DNA of 64,000 nucleotides from Squalus acanthias (GCA_030390025.1 CM059429.1:145142001-145206000), one strand, 5' to 3'. Shown: positions 36,699 to 48,029, numbered from the stretch's first letter. Translations and numbers: made by a program. Notes: generated from the letters alone by a model not told the origin.

Positions 36699-39036
36699 AA
36701 GGCAAATGGTATGTTGGCCTTCATTGCAAGAGGATTTGAGTACAGGAGCAAGGATGTCTTACTACAGTTATACAGGGCCTTGGTGAGACCACACCTGGAG
36801 TACTGTGTGCAGTTTTGGTCTCCTTACCTAAGAAAGGATATAGTTGCTATAGAGGGAGTGCAACGAAGGTTCACCAGACTGATTCCTGGGATGGCAGGAC
36901 TGTCGTATGAGGAGAGATTGGGTCGACTAGGCCTGTATTCACTAGAGTTTAGAAGAATGAGAGCGGATCTCATTGAAACGTATAAAATTCTGACAGGGCT
37001 AGACAGACTGGATGCAGGGAGGATGTTTCCCCTGGCTGGGGGGTCTAGAACGAGGGGTCACAGTCTCAGGATACGGGAGAGGACATTTAGGACTGAGATG
37101 AGGAGAAATTTCTTCACTCAGAGGGTGGTGAACCTGTGGAATTCTCTACCACAGAAGGCTGTGGAGGCCAAGTCACTGAATATATTTAAGAAGGAGATAG
37201 ATACAGATTTCTCGACACAAAAGGCATCAAGGGATATGGGGAGAGAGCGGGAATATGGTATTGAGATAGAGGATCAGCCATGATCATATTGAATGGCGGA
37301 GCAGGCTCGAAGGGCTGAATGGCCTACTCCTGCTCCTATTATTCTATGTTTCTATGTTTCTAAAAGATGCAGCGGGCAAATAATGTCAACTGCAGTATGG
37401 AGAGTTTGTTTTAAAATGAAAGTTAGATCAATTCAATTGTGTAGTGTAGTGTAGTGTACAAACACAGCACTGAATAGCAAAAGAAGAAGAAAAACTGCAA
37501 TAACCAGAAATCTGAAACAAAAACATGAAATGCTGTAAATATGCAGTAAGACAATCAACATCTGTAAAGAGAAAAGACAGGTCATGATTTTTCTGGTGTG
37601 CACTCTTCACCAGAAGGGCAGACTGAAAGATAATGGGCATCTTAGTACGGTTAGAAAATTCAGAGGGAAAAAGAGAAAGAGGGAGAGAATCAATAAATCA
37701 CACAGGGGAAGTAAATAGGTTGAATGACCTGCAAACTGCTTAATAGAAAACTGTTAGAGGTGGTGACAAAACAGTCCAAGAAGGGAGTCAGAGATGGAGC
37801 ATGTAACAGTGAGGAATGAGGAATTGGAATCTTGGTAAATGAAATCCTTGAGAAAGAGAGAGAGAGAGCAGGAAGCAGCATCGTCAAAGTCATCAATGTA
37901 TTAGAGGAAGAGGTCAGGAAGGGTGCCTGAGTAGGAATGGGAACAAAGAATATATCCTACAAAAAGACAGGCCTAGCTGGGATTCATGTAGATTCCCATA
38001 ACAACACCTTTTATCTGGAGGAGGTGAGTGGTGTTAAAAGAAAAGAAAAAGCAAAAGTTGTAAATTCTGGAACTCTGAAAATGCTGGAACTCAGCAGGTG
38101 AGTCAGCATATATGGAGAGAAGAGACAAGTTAACAATTCAGGCGAAATCTGCTGAGTGTTTCCAGCACTTATTGGAATTAAAACAGAGGTTGCTCAAAGT
38201 GATAACAAGTTCAGCCAGGTACAGAGGGTGGTGGTGGACAGGGACTGGTTAGCCTATTTATCAAAGAGGAACTGGAGGGCTCAGAGACTATCTTAGTGAG
38301 GGATGTAGAGAGACTACATGTCTGTGGTGAAAAGTTGACCAAATAGAGATGCAAAGAACAGTGATCCCAGTTTGAATAATTGAGTATGCTGTCCATTAAT
38401 AAAAGGGTCTCCTACATATATCTGCCGCCTCACCCACCTCATTATGCACTGACTTAACTATGTCTGAGCCATATATCTGGGCCTTTTGGATAGTAGGAAC
38501 AATTAATGCCCTTTGAAGTGGCCTAGCAAGCCATTCAGTTGCCTTTAACATAGAAAAAATGCCCCAAGATGTTTCACAGAGACGTAAAGAAAAAATGAAT
38601 GCCGAGTCAAAGAAAGAGATATTAGGAGGGGTAATCAAAAACTTATTCAAAAAGGTGAGTTATAAGGAGGGTCTTAAAGGAGGAGACAAAGATGGAGAGG
38701 TGACGAGGGTTACAGAAGAGATTTCAAACTGTGGGACCTAGGCGGCTGAAGCCATGGCTGCCAATAGTGGGGCGAAGGGAGGGGAGATGCACAACAGGCC
38801 AGAATCAGAGGAAAGGAGAGTTCAGGGAGTGGAGGGGTTGTAGGGCTGGAGGAAGCTATAGAGATAGGGAAGAGCAATGCCATAAAGGGATTTAAGTGCA
38901 AGAGATGCTCTGGCTACGATCAGATAGATAAGAGTGGAACTAAGCGAGGGTAGTCCCACTGAGCTGGACAATGAAAGAGGATGGTGTGGTCGAAGACTTT
39001 GTCAAAGACTGCACAGAGATCGAAGAGGATAAGGAG

Positions 39037-39490
39037 AAAGAAAGACTTGCATTTGTATAGTGCTTTTCACGACCTCAGGATAGCCAAAAGCGCTTTACAG
39101 CCAATTAAATACTTTTCAAACGTTATAATGTGTGAAAAGCGGCAGCCAATTTGTACACAGCAAGCTCCCTCATACAGGAATGTGATAGTGACCAGATAAT
39201 CTGTGTTTTAGTAATATTGGTTGAGGGATAAATATTGGCCAGTACACTGGGGAGAACTCCTGTGCTCTTCTTCGAAAAAGTGCCGTGGGAGCTTTGATGT
39301 TCACCTGAGATGGCAGTCAGGGCCTCGGTTTAACGTCTCTTCCAAAAGACAGCACCTCCGACAGTGCCGCACTCTCTCAGTACTGCACTGTCATGTCAGC
39401 CTAGATTTTGTGCTCAAGTCTCTGGAGTGGGACTATGAACCCACAACCTTCAGACTCAGAAGCGAGAGTGTTAGCATTGAGCTACGACTG
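39037..39490 (-). mobile_element. Deu-domain tRNA SINE inserted in an L2 remnant
   Basis: Reverse complement of the 42127-42587 family. Confidence 0.8.
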
Positions 39491-40064
39491 ACACAGGAGG
39501 GACAATGCACCACAGTCACGGTCACAGAGAATATCATTTGTAGCTTTTGTTAGAGCCATTTCAATGCTATGTCAGGACGAAAATCTGATTGGAGAGATTC
39601 AAACTGGGTTGTGGGAAAGATGGTCACGGATTTGGGAGGCGACAACATGTTCAAGTACTTTGGCGAGGAAAGGGAAATTGGAGATGGGGTGATCATTTGC
39701 AAGGACAGAAGGGTAAATATTCAAATGTATATTCCAGTACTCCTTATCAGAGTCAGATATTTGAGTACCGACAATCCCAGAAAAATGCATTTGCAAATTA
39801 CAAATCAGTCCATAAATGGCTTATACAATCTTCAGTCTCTGCCAGCTCTGAAGAGCCAGTGAGTTCAGTTAGAAGAGTTCACAGCACTGGACTGTCTTAA
39901 TCAGACAACCTGTGCCATTAGACTTGTGTGTTCCACTTCATAGCATAAACCTTGGCTATACAACTCTGAGCGTAACATAAAACTCCAAATGTGCTTGCTA
40001 CAAGAGGTTTTCTTTTGGATTAAAAATAAAGTTACATTGAAATCTAGAAAACATGAGTACTTAC

Positions 40065-40169
40065 TTGAAATTGAACATGTACGAAGTACTGCAACTACCA
40101 GAAACACCATCAGCACAATTAGACTGCTAGCAGTTGATATTATCCACGATAGTTTATTACTGGCAGGAC
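40065..40169 (-). CDS. Transmembrane exon of the VJ-C1 receptor
   Basis: ttctcaacAG|...A|GTAAGT; 105 bp, phase 1-1. GPASNKLSWIISTASSLIVLMVFLVVAVLRTCSIS, no charged residue in the helix. Confidence 0.85.
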
Positions 40170-40334
40170 CTGTTGAGAATTATTGAGGCCATGCATTAAT
40201 AGCTGTGTGGGATTACATATCACAAAGCAGGACTTAAGACTTCAACCTTTTTTTTAAATTTAACTATTAAATAAGTTCACATGCCCACAACCATGAAGGT
40301 GATGTGATCAGTTTGACAAACATAATTTGTAAGG

Positions 40335-41970
40335 TTCCGATGCCCTCCGCCACTTTAACAGTTTCCAGTTTCCTGGCCCCAAACGTCTCCTTTTCACTAT
40401 GGACGCCCAATCCCTCTACACCTCCATCCCCCACCAGGACAGCCTGAGGGCCCTCCACTTCTTCCTTCAACAAAGGCCCAACCAGTCCCCATCCACCACC
40501 ACCCTCCTCCGCCTGGCTGAACTTGTTCTCACATTGAACAACTTCTACTTTGACTCCACTCACTTCCTCCAAATTAAAGGTGTTGCTCTGGGGACCCGCA
40601 TGGGCCCTAGCTATGCCGGCTTTTTTGTGGGATATGTGGAACAATCTTTGTTCCAGTCCTACTCAGTCCCCTCCCTCACCTCTTTTTCCAGTACATTGAT
40701 GACTGTATTGGTGCCGTTTCCTGCTCTTGCCCGGAACTAGAAAATTTCATACACTTTGCTTTCAATTTCCACCCTTCCCTCACCTTCACATAATCCATCT
40801 CCAACTCTTCCCTTCCTCAACTTCTCTGTCTCCATTTCTGGGGATAGGCTATCGACAAACTTCCACCAAAAGCCCACTGACTCCCACAGCTACCTGGACT
40901 GCACTTCCTCCCATACCGCTCCCTGTAAGGACTCTATTCCATTCTCCCAGTTTCTCCGTCTTCGCCACATCTGTTCTGACGATGCCACCTTCCATACCAG
41001 TACCTCCGATATGTCTTCCTTTCTCCTCAACTGAGGATTCCCCTCTACTGTGGTTGACATGACCCTCGACCGTGTCCGTTCTATTTCCCGCACTTCTACC
41101 CTCACCCCTTCCCCTCCCTCCCAGACCATGATAGGATTCCCTTGTCCTCACCTTTCACCCCACCAGCCTCCACATTCAATGGATCATCCACCGCCATTTC
41201 TGCCACGTCCAGCGTGATCCCACCACCAAACGCATCTTCCTTTTCCCCCCCCCCCCCTTCAGCATTCTGAAGGGACCGCTCCCTCCACGACACCCTGGTC
41301 CACTCCTCTATCACCACCAACACCCCCTCCCCTTCCCATGCAAGCGCAGGTGATGCAACACATGCCCTTTCACTTCCTCCTTTCCCACTGTCCAGGGCCC
41401 CAAACACTCCTTCCAGGTGAAACAGCGATTCACTTGTACTTCTTGCAATTTAGTATACTGTATTCACTGCTCACAATGCGGTCTCCTCTACACTGGGGAG
41501 ACTAAACGCAGATTGGGTGACCACTTTGCGGAACACCTCCGTTCAGTCCGATAGTGTGACCCCGGGCTTCCGGTTGCCTGTCACTTTAATTCTCAGTTCC
41601 ACTCCCACTCTGACCTCTCCATCCTCGGCCTCTTACACTTTTCCAATGAAGCTCAATGTAAGCTCAAGGAACAGCACCTCATCGTTCGATCAGGCACTTT
41701 ACAGCCTTCCGGACTCAACATCGAGTTCAACAATTTCAGACCATAACCTCGGCTCCCATGCTTTCTTTTCTCTCTCACATGGCAGCTGTTGATGATTCTG
41801 CCATTGCCATTTACAACTCATCTAGAGTCATCTTTTGTTTCTTAACTTGTCCCATTAACATCTCCTTTTGCCTTGCACCATCATCCCTTTTGTCTTTTAA
41901 TCTCTCCTGCCTTCCACCCTATCACAGACCTTTCCTTTTTGTTCTTTCCTCCTCTCCCCCCTTTCCCTGC
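40335..41970 (+). mobile_element. Decayed Penelope-like element (second family)
   Basis: MDAQSLYTSIPH...FLQIKGVALGTRMGPSYA, KPTDSHSYL, IPFSQFLRLR.IC; GIY-YIG remnant ~41445-41750. Confidence 0.85.
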
Positions 41971-42033
41971 CCGGTTTGGACGGTGCATGACCTTCTTTAT
42001 TGCTCTGCCGGTAGCGCCCCGCTCTCCGAGGTT

Positions 42034-42126
42034 AGCGCCCTAAGTTAGGAGTGTAGTGCTTGATTTAGCACTCCAGTTCTCTCTTGGAGCGCTAAATCAA
42101 GCGCTACACTCCTAACTTAGGGCGCT
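42034..42126. repeat. 42-bp-arm palindrome
   Basis: Arms 42034-42075 / 42085-42126, 2 mismatches, 9-nt loop. Confidence 0.9.
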
Positions 42127-42587
42127 GTGGCTCAGTTGGTAGCACACTCGCCTCTGAGTCAGGAGGTTCTGGGTTCATAGTCCCACTCCAGGGACTTGAG
42201 CGCATAAAGCTAGGATGACACTCCAGTGCAGTGCTGAGGGAGTGCTGCACTGTCGGAAATGCCGTCTTTTGGATGAGACATTAAACTGAGGCCCCGTCTG
42301 CCCTCTCAGGTAGACGTAAAAGATCCCATGGCACTATTTTGAAGAAGAGTAGGGGAGTTATCCCCGGTGTCCTGGGGCCAATATTTATCCCTCAACCAAC
42401 ATAACAAAAACAGATCATCTGGTCATTATCACATTGCTGTTTGTGGGAGCTTGCTGTGTGCAAATTGGTTGTCGTGTTTCCCACATTACAACAGTGACTC
42501 CACTTCAAAAAGTACTTAATTGACTGTAAAGCGCTTTGAGACGTCCGGTGGTCGTGAAAGGCGCTATATAAATGCAAGTCTTTCTTT
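42127..42587 (+). mobile_element. Full-length Deu-domain tRNA-derived SINE (SacSINE1-like)
   Basis: Pol III A box TGGCTCAGTTGG and B-box-like GGTTCA head, central gtaaaagatcccatggcactatt domain, L2-type tail ggcgctatataaatgcaagtctttc. Confidence 0.82.
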
Positions 42588-42589
42588 TT

Positions 42590-43060
42590 TCATCTCAGTC
42601 ATTAATATAGATTGTAAATAGCTGAGGCCCAAGCACTGATCCTTGCGGCACTCCACTAGTTACAGCCTGCCAATCGGAAAATGACCTGTTTATCCCTACT
42701 CTCTGTTTTCTGTCCGTTAACCAATCCTCTATCCATGCTAATATATTACCCCCAACCCATGAACCCTTATCTTGCGTAGAAACCTTTTACCTTATCGAAT
42801 GCCTTTTGGAAATCCAAATATACTACATCCACTGGTTCCCCTCTATCTACCTTGTTAGTTATATTCTCAAAAACTCTAATAAATTTGTTGAACACGGTTT
42901 GTTGACTCTGCCTAATCATATTATGATTTTCTAAGTGCCTTGTTACCACTTCCTTAATAATGGATTCCACCATTTTCCCAACGACTGACGTCAGGCTAAC
43001 TGGCCTGTTGTTTCCTGTTTTCTCTCCCCCTCCTTTCTTGAATAGCGGGGTTACATTTGC
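42590..43060 (-). mobile_element. CR1 RT fragment
   Basis: ORF 42767-42973 VDVVYLDFQKAFDKV. Confidence 0.75.
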
Positions 43061-43298
43061 AGGTCACAGGGAGCATGGGCTTTCCTATGCCAGCTGTGTA
43101 TTGTGGGAAGCATGAGCATGCCTGAATTGTAAAGTCTCAACTTTGCTTATGAAAATGTCTTCCAAACTAATCACGGCACCAGCGCAACATTCATACAGAT
43201 ATTTTATTCAAATCGTAAAAAGGCAATCATACAACTTAAACCACTTCAGGTCTGCAGAGTCCAAAGATTTGTATAACAAAAGGCACAGGCATTCTTAC

Positions 43299-43604
43299 CT
43301 TGGTTACGAACAGAAATCCGTTCAGTGATGGGTGCAGACAGTGTCGAGTGGTTCACCTGACAGGAATAATTTCCACTTTCATTCCACTCAAATCCAGAAA
43401 GATTCAGGAAACTTGTGATGGAGAATGAGCCGTCACTGTTGGAGTAAAGGGTCCCATTCTCAGTCCCATTGATGATTAACTGTCCATCTTTAAACCAGGA
43501 CACTTGAATGCTGCCAGGATAGAACTCCAGTGATGAGCAGACTAGCTGTACACCTTCATTAGGGTAAGGCAGAGTCTCTGCTCTTAACTGGACTGTTGGT
43601 TGAG
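43299..43604 (-). CDS. Ig C1-set exon of the VJ-C1 receptor
   Basis: ttttcAG|...G|GTAAGA; 306 bp, phase 1-1. AQPTVQL...VQLVCSSLEFYPGSIQVSWFKDG...NSDGSFSITSFL....W.....YSCQVNHSTL has the C1 motifs FYP, V.W, N.DG.F and CxVxH. Confidence 0.92.
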
Positions 43605-43699
43605 CTGAAAATCAATTGTAACATATTATTAGACCTCTACTGTTCAGGCTGCCTGTCATTTTGTATTGAATACTCCCAAGGGCTTGATCAGGACACACA

Positions 43700-44043
43700 G
43701 GGGACGATTTTCAACTGCCGACCATCTGTATCTCACCTAAAAAACAGGTGGCTAGCAATTGAAAATCAGGGAGGGGGGGCCTCTGAAGGGGCGAGCTGCC
43801 CACCTGTCTGAAACAGGCAAGAGGCACCTTAAACATGCAAATCGGGGTCCCTATGGCAGTTGTAGAACCCTGAGTGCAATTTTAAGGTACAATTGGACGG
43901 AGATTGCACTGTGAACACTCCTCCCAGTTATACCAGGCGTTGAGCAGCCTAATCAGTGGCACTTAAAGGGTGGGAGGTCAGGAAGAGCCGGAGTGCTCCG
44001 GCCTCACTTTGCACAGTTTGGGTGCTACTTGAAAATCGCCCCC
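43700..44043. mobile_element. MITE, intronic
   Basis: TIRs GGGGACGATTTTCAA / TTGAAAATCGCCCCC, TSD ACA. Confidence 0.75.
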
Positions 44044-44104
44044 ACACTCAACCTCCTGTACCAAATACATATACATTTTGTGACCGTAGTATTTTGCTTT
44101 TATA

Positions 44105-44687
44105 TTTTCTCTCTCCACAGATGCTGCCTGACCTGCTGAGTATTTCCAACATTTTCTGTTTTTATTTCAGATTTCCAGCATCCGCAGTATTTTGTTTTTG
44201 TGTTCACTGTTCCAATGAAGCTCAACGTAAACTCGAGGAACAGCACCTCACCTTTCGATTAGGCACTTCTGGACTCAACATCGAGTTCAACAATTTCAGC
44301 CCATAACCTCTACCCCAATCTTTTTTTTTCATTTTTTTTTCTCTCTCTCACATGGCAGCTGTTGATCATTCTACCAGTGCCATTTACACTTCATCTAGAG
44401 CCATCTTTTGTTTCTTAACTTGTTCCATTACCATCTCCTTTTGCCTTGCACCATCATCCCTTTTGTCTCTTAATCTCTCCTGCCTTCCATCCTATCACAG
44501 ACCTTCCCTTTTGTTCTTTCCTCCCCTCCTCCCTTTCCCTGCCCCTGCACTTGCTTAGAAACCTGTTCCATCTCCAGCTTTTTCCAGTTCTGATGAAGGG
44601 TCATCGACCTGAAACGTTAACTCTGTTTCTCTCTCTACAGATGCTGCCTGGCCTGCTGAGTATTTCCAGCATTTTCTGTTTTTATTT
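44105..44687 (+). mobile_element. Penelope-like 3' fragment with tandem terminal repeat
   Basis: EAQRKLEEQHL.FRLG...GLNIEFNNF C-terminus. ctctc..cagatgctgcctg unit occurs at both ends. Confidence 0.8.
44586..44622 (+). ncRNA. Minimal hammerhead ribozyme motif (second family)
   Basis: AGTT-CTGATGA-A-GGGTC atc GACCT-GAAA-CGTT-AACT. Confidence 0.78.
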
Positions 44688-45766
44688 AAGCTATTACTGT
44701 ATGGCTGTCCCTCAGTAGAGTGTGCTCGTTTACAACACCATGTCAAACACATTCTTTGTGAGTTGCTCCCAAAATGTTTCAGCTGTTTTCAACTTTTAAA
44801 AGATCAGCAAAAGTTCATGCAGTTGAGCAGTTAAATGGATTAATAATGCTAAAGAGAGCATTTTGCACATTGGGATGGAAATTTCTGTCTATTTGTCCCG
44901 GAAAAATACTGCAATCGAAGTGCAATACCCATTTCTGCTGTAAAAGATTGTTAAATTCAGACATAAGTAACTTACGCCCGTTCTTACACTACGGCCGAAC
45001 TTCCTCACTCTTTTATGCCCGTCTATTGATCCTTGCGCCCGAACGCATCTCAGCTCATTATAATGGCTCCACCCACAAGCTAAAGTGAGAGACGTGAATT
45101 TCTTGCAATTACACTGCTTCAAAATGGGTGTAGAATTAAGCCCAGAATTCTAAGTGCAGCAAGAAAGTCATTTTTCTCGTGCTTTATTGAGCAATTATTT
45201 TTATCCCCACTGAGACCAGCTCTGTATTTTTTGTTTCTTTGAATGCATTTTTATGGTATCTGTATAAGTCACATTAAGAATTGAACGCTTCTACGATTGC
45301 ATGTACTTAAACATGGCGTGTCTAATGTGAATGAATGATGGTTAGATGGCTTGAAACTTTAAACCTACTTAAAGAAGGAATATATGGTGTGAGTTTGACA
45401 CTTTTCTTGGATCCCGATTGTTTATGATGATTGACCCCCTTATCTCTGAAATTAACCTAGTGAATCGTCTCTGAACTGCCTCCAATGCAAGTATATCCTT
45501 CCTTAAATAAGGAGACCAAATCTGTACGCAGTACTTATGTGATCGGTGTCAAATTTTGTTTGAAAGAGCTCCTGTGAAGCGCCTTGGGACGTTTTACTAT
45601 GTTAAAGGCACTATATAAATGCAAGTTGTTGTTGTTATTATTATTTCCTAATTCTCTACTTTCTGTTCTGCAATATATTGAGAAATGCTGGTTGTGAAGT
45701 ATAAACTGTTCAAATCAGAGGAGTGATAAATACATGGTGCTTTTGAGTTGTAGATGTAAAACTCAC

Positions 45767-46129
45767 CTTCCACTGTTAGGTGCGTGCCTTTACCGACTGC
45801 TGTTTGTGTAGGGGGAGGTATTTCAATAGAAGCCTGACAGAAGTAAATGTCGGAGTCATTTACATGCAGATCGTAGAGTATTAAAGATGCGGAGTTTGTT
45901 GAGAGGTTCAGTGTAATGTTAGCACGTTCTGTACAACTCCCGATAGAAGTAAAATTAACTTTATTTTCCATATGTTGACACAACAGTAGTACATTGGTGT
46001 TTCTTGTCCATGTAATCCTCAACTGTTCTTCGTCTGTATAACTGTATGAACAGTTTATTTGTGCTTTGCCCCCCTTCAATACTCTGAGTTCTGATGGTGT
46101 CTGGGAGACAGTTAGATTTTTGCTTTTCC
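45767..46129 (-). CDS. Germline-joined VJ-type IgV exon, CD28/CD28H(TMIGD2)/NKp30-like
   Basis: ttttcttcAG|...G|GTGAGT; 363 bp, phase 1-1. LTVSQTP..INCSY..ITW..LC..SC..SLIL.DL.VNDSDIYFC..EIPPP...GKGTHLTVE. Confidence 0.92.
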
Positions 46130-46929
46130 CTGAAGAAAATATAGAAAGGATTAACAATATACAATCACCTATCAGCAATGAATATATTCTGTGCTGAATG
46201 TAAAGCTCCGTGAGGAGTTTGTAGTTCAGTGGGAATCAGGGGATTAATTGGGTCGGTAAAAAGACCAATCTGAATCTTTTCCTCTGAAAAGAAGTAAAAC
46301 TGTCCGGATACATTGATGGTTTAACACCTCGCAGCACCAATCTGTTAAATGAAATCTGTGCAAACCCATTTCTAAAATTGTAAAATTTAATAACCTCCTT
46401 TCTTCAAATCATTGCTTACTCCTGCGTAGTTTTTTTGATTTTTTTTTCTTGTTCTCAGCTCATTGTTTTGTGCCACATAATAGAGCCTGTCTTTCTTTGC
46501 GGTCTCTGCTGTCTTCCCTGTATCTGCTCTCTCCTTATCTATGTCTCCATACACTCGATATGATACGGAATAAAAATGGGCTTTGCTATAAGTGTCACTG
46601 GTAGACAATGTAAAAAAATACCTCCACATGTACAAAACTGGATGTAAAAGTGCAGATGGAGCAAAATATAGGATTTACCTTGACATATATTTGGTAAAAT
46701 TTTAACAATGCGTAGCTATATGATTCCATATATTTCACAAGTTCAAAAATCCCTCTCAGGAACAACTACTTGCACTTTTATACCATCGTTATAATGCAAT
46801 AAAACATCCCAAAGCACATCACAGAGACAAAAATAACCAGACGTTGAGCAGTGGTTGGAGGAGGATTAGGGCTGGTGACCAAGGCATGGCCAAAGAGGTC
46901 GGTTTTGAGGAGGCTACATGCACTAGACA

Positions 46930-46958
46930 AGAAATAAAGAAAGAGAGAAGGAAAGAGA

Positions 46959-46995
<37 letters not shown>

Positions 46996-47030
46996 GAAAG
47001 AATGAGTGAAAGAAAGAAAGAGAGAAAGAA
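46930..47030 (+). repeat. (GAAA)n / purine-rich microsatellite
   Basis: Direct reading of the tandem aaag run. Confidence 0.9.
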
Positions 47031-47260
47031 CTTGTAATTATATAGACATGAATACTATGGAAATTTTGGATACTTTTTTTAAGATTATTTGTGACTAATA
47101 CCTGTGGTAGAGCCCGTTTCTATGCAGTGATTTGTAAAGTTAAAGCACAGCATATTTCTGTTTGCCAGTAAGCCAAAACAACGCTTTTCTTTGTCTTCCT
47201 AATGCAATTAATAGTGACTGCAGTTACTCTGGTATGTTGTTAGACTTGAATTAGTCATAC

Positions 47261-47324
47261 CTGCAAATAGAAAGAAGTGAAGCAAAACACAAAGTCTGAT
47301 CACACGTGTTCCCAGAAGTATCAT
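47261..47324 (-). CDS. Signal-peptide exon of the VJ-C1 receptor
   Basis: ATG at 47324 gives MILLGTRVIRLCVLLHFFLFA+G|GTATGA (64 nt, phase 1). Exon acceptor ctatcttcAG at 47341-47340. Confidence 0.8.
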
Positions 47325-48029
47325 TTCATTTGTCTCATCCTGAAGATAGGAGAATAGAAATCAGTAACTTTGATAAAGGAGGAAATACTTTGTTAGTACG
47401 TTAGGACAGTATCATTTACAACAACTGCTTACACCCATAACGTAAAGAAATGTTCCAAGGCGTTTCAGAGGTACAGAGCTGTTCTGAGGCCAGGTGCTTC
47501 CAATCTGCAGCCCCAGGCCCCGAGTGTTAGCCATGCAGCCCTCTAAACTCATTTGAATGTTGTGGGATGGAGGTTTGAAAAGGGTTGTATTTGGCACTCT
47601 TCAGGGAATAAATCTTAAAAACACCAGGATTTGTTCATACCTGCAGCTTGAGGAACATGCAAATAAATGAGAATGGGTTCAAATTTTATGGAGCAGATTT
47701 ACTTTTCAGCACCTGGGCATAATAGTTTGGTGGGGCGGATATATTTATTTGACATATTTGCATTTCATTCTACCTTGACGCTGGCACACCCAAGGAAAAA
47801 TCAGGCTCACGAGAGTTCACTTTAGCTCAGCGGGTTGTATAACCTGGGTACGAGGAGGTTGCTACATGGTATAGTGTACAGGAATACAAATTCTGCTTCT
47901 GTAATTCCTGGTGTATACCAACAGCGCATATTAAAAATTTACATAACCCCAGCCCACGATTTTCTGTCCATCTGAAACGTTTACCCCACAGAAACGATAT
48001 TAAAACATTCCAGTTTCTCTGTACTTCTT

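Larger units (their letters stand above)
31806..37342 (+). mobile_element. Outer CR1 3' fragment (31806-32061 + 36699-37342)
   Basis: gcagcaagcagttagg|aaggcaaatggtatg rejoins across the insert. ORF 36711-37283, (TTCTATGT)n tail. Confidence 0.88.

Noticed and set aside
39780-39910. Alternative cytoplasmic exons just after the TM exon
   Set aside because: Candidate acceptors are weak and give short tails with no motif. Not supportable without transcripts.
42127-42200. tRNA gene
   Set aside because: tRNA-like SINE head continuing into the Deu domain and L2 tail; no complete cloverleaf.
43299-46129. Rearranging TCR/Ig locus (V + C1)
   Set aside because: V and the J-like strand are in one exon ending at a splice donor. 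No heptamer-nonamer RSS or separate D/J segments were seen, the TM lacks charged residues, and the tail has an ITIM.
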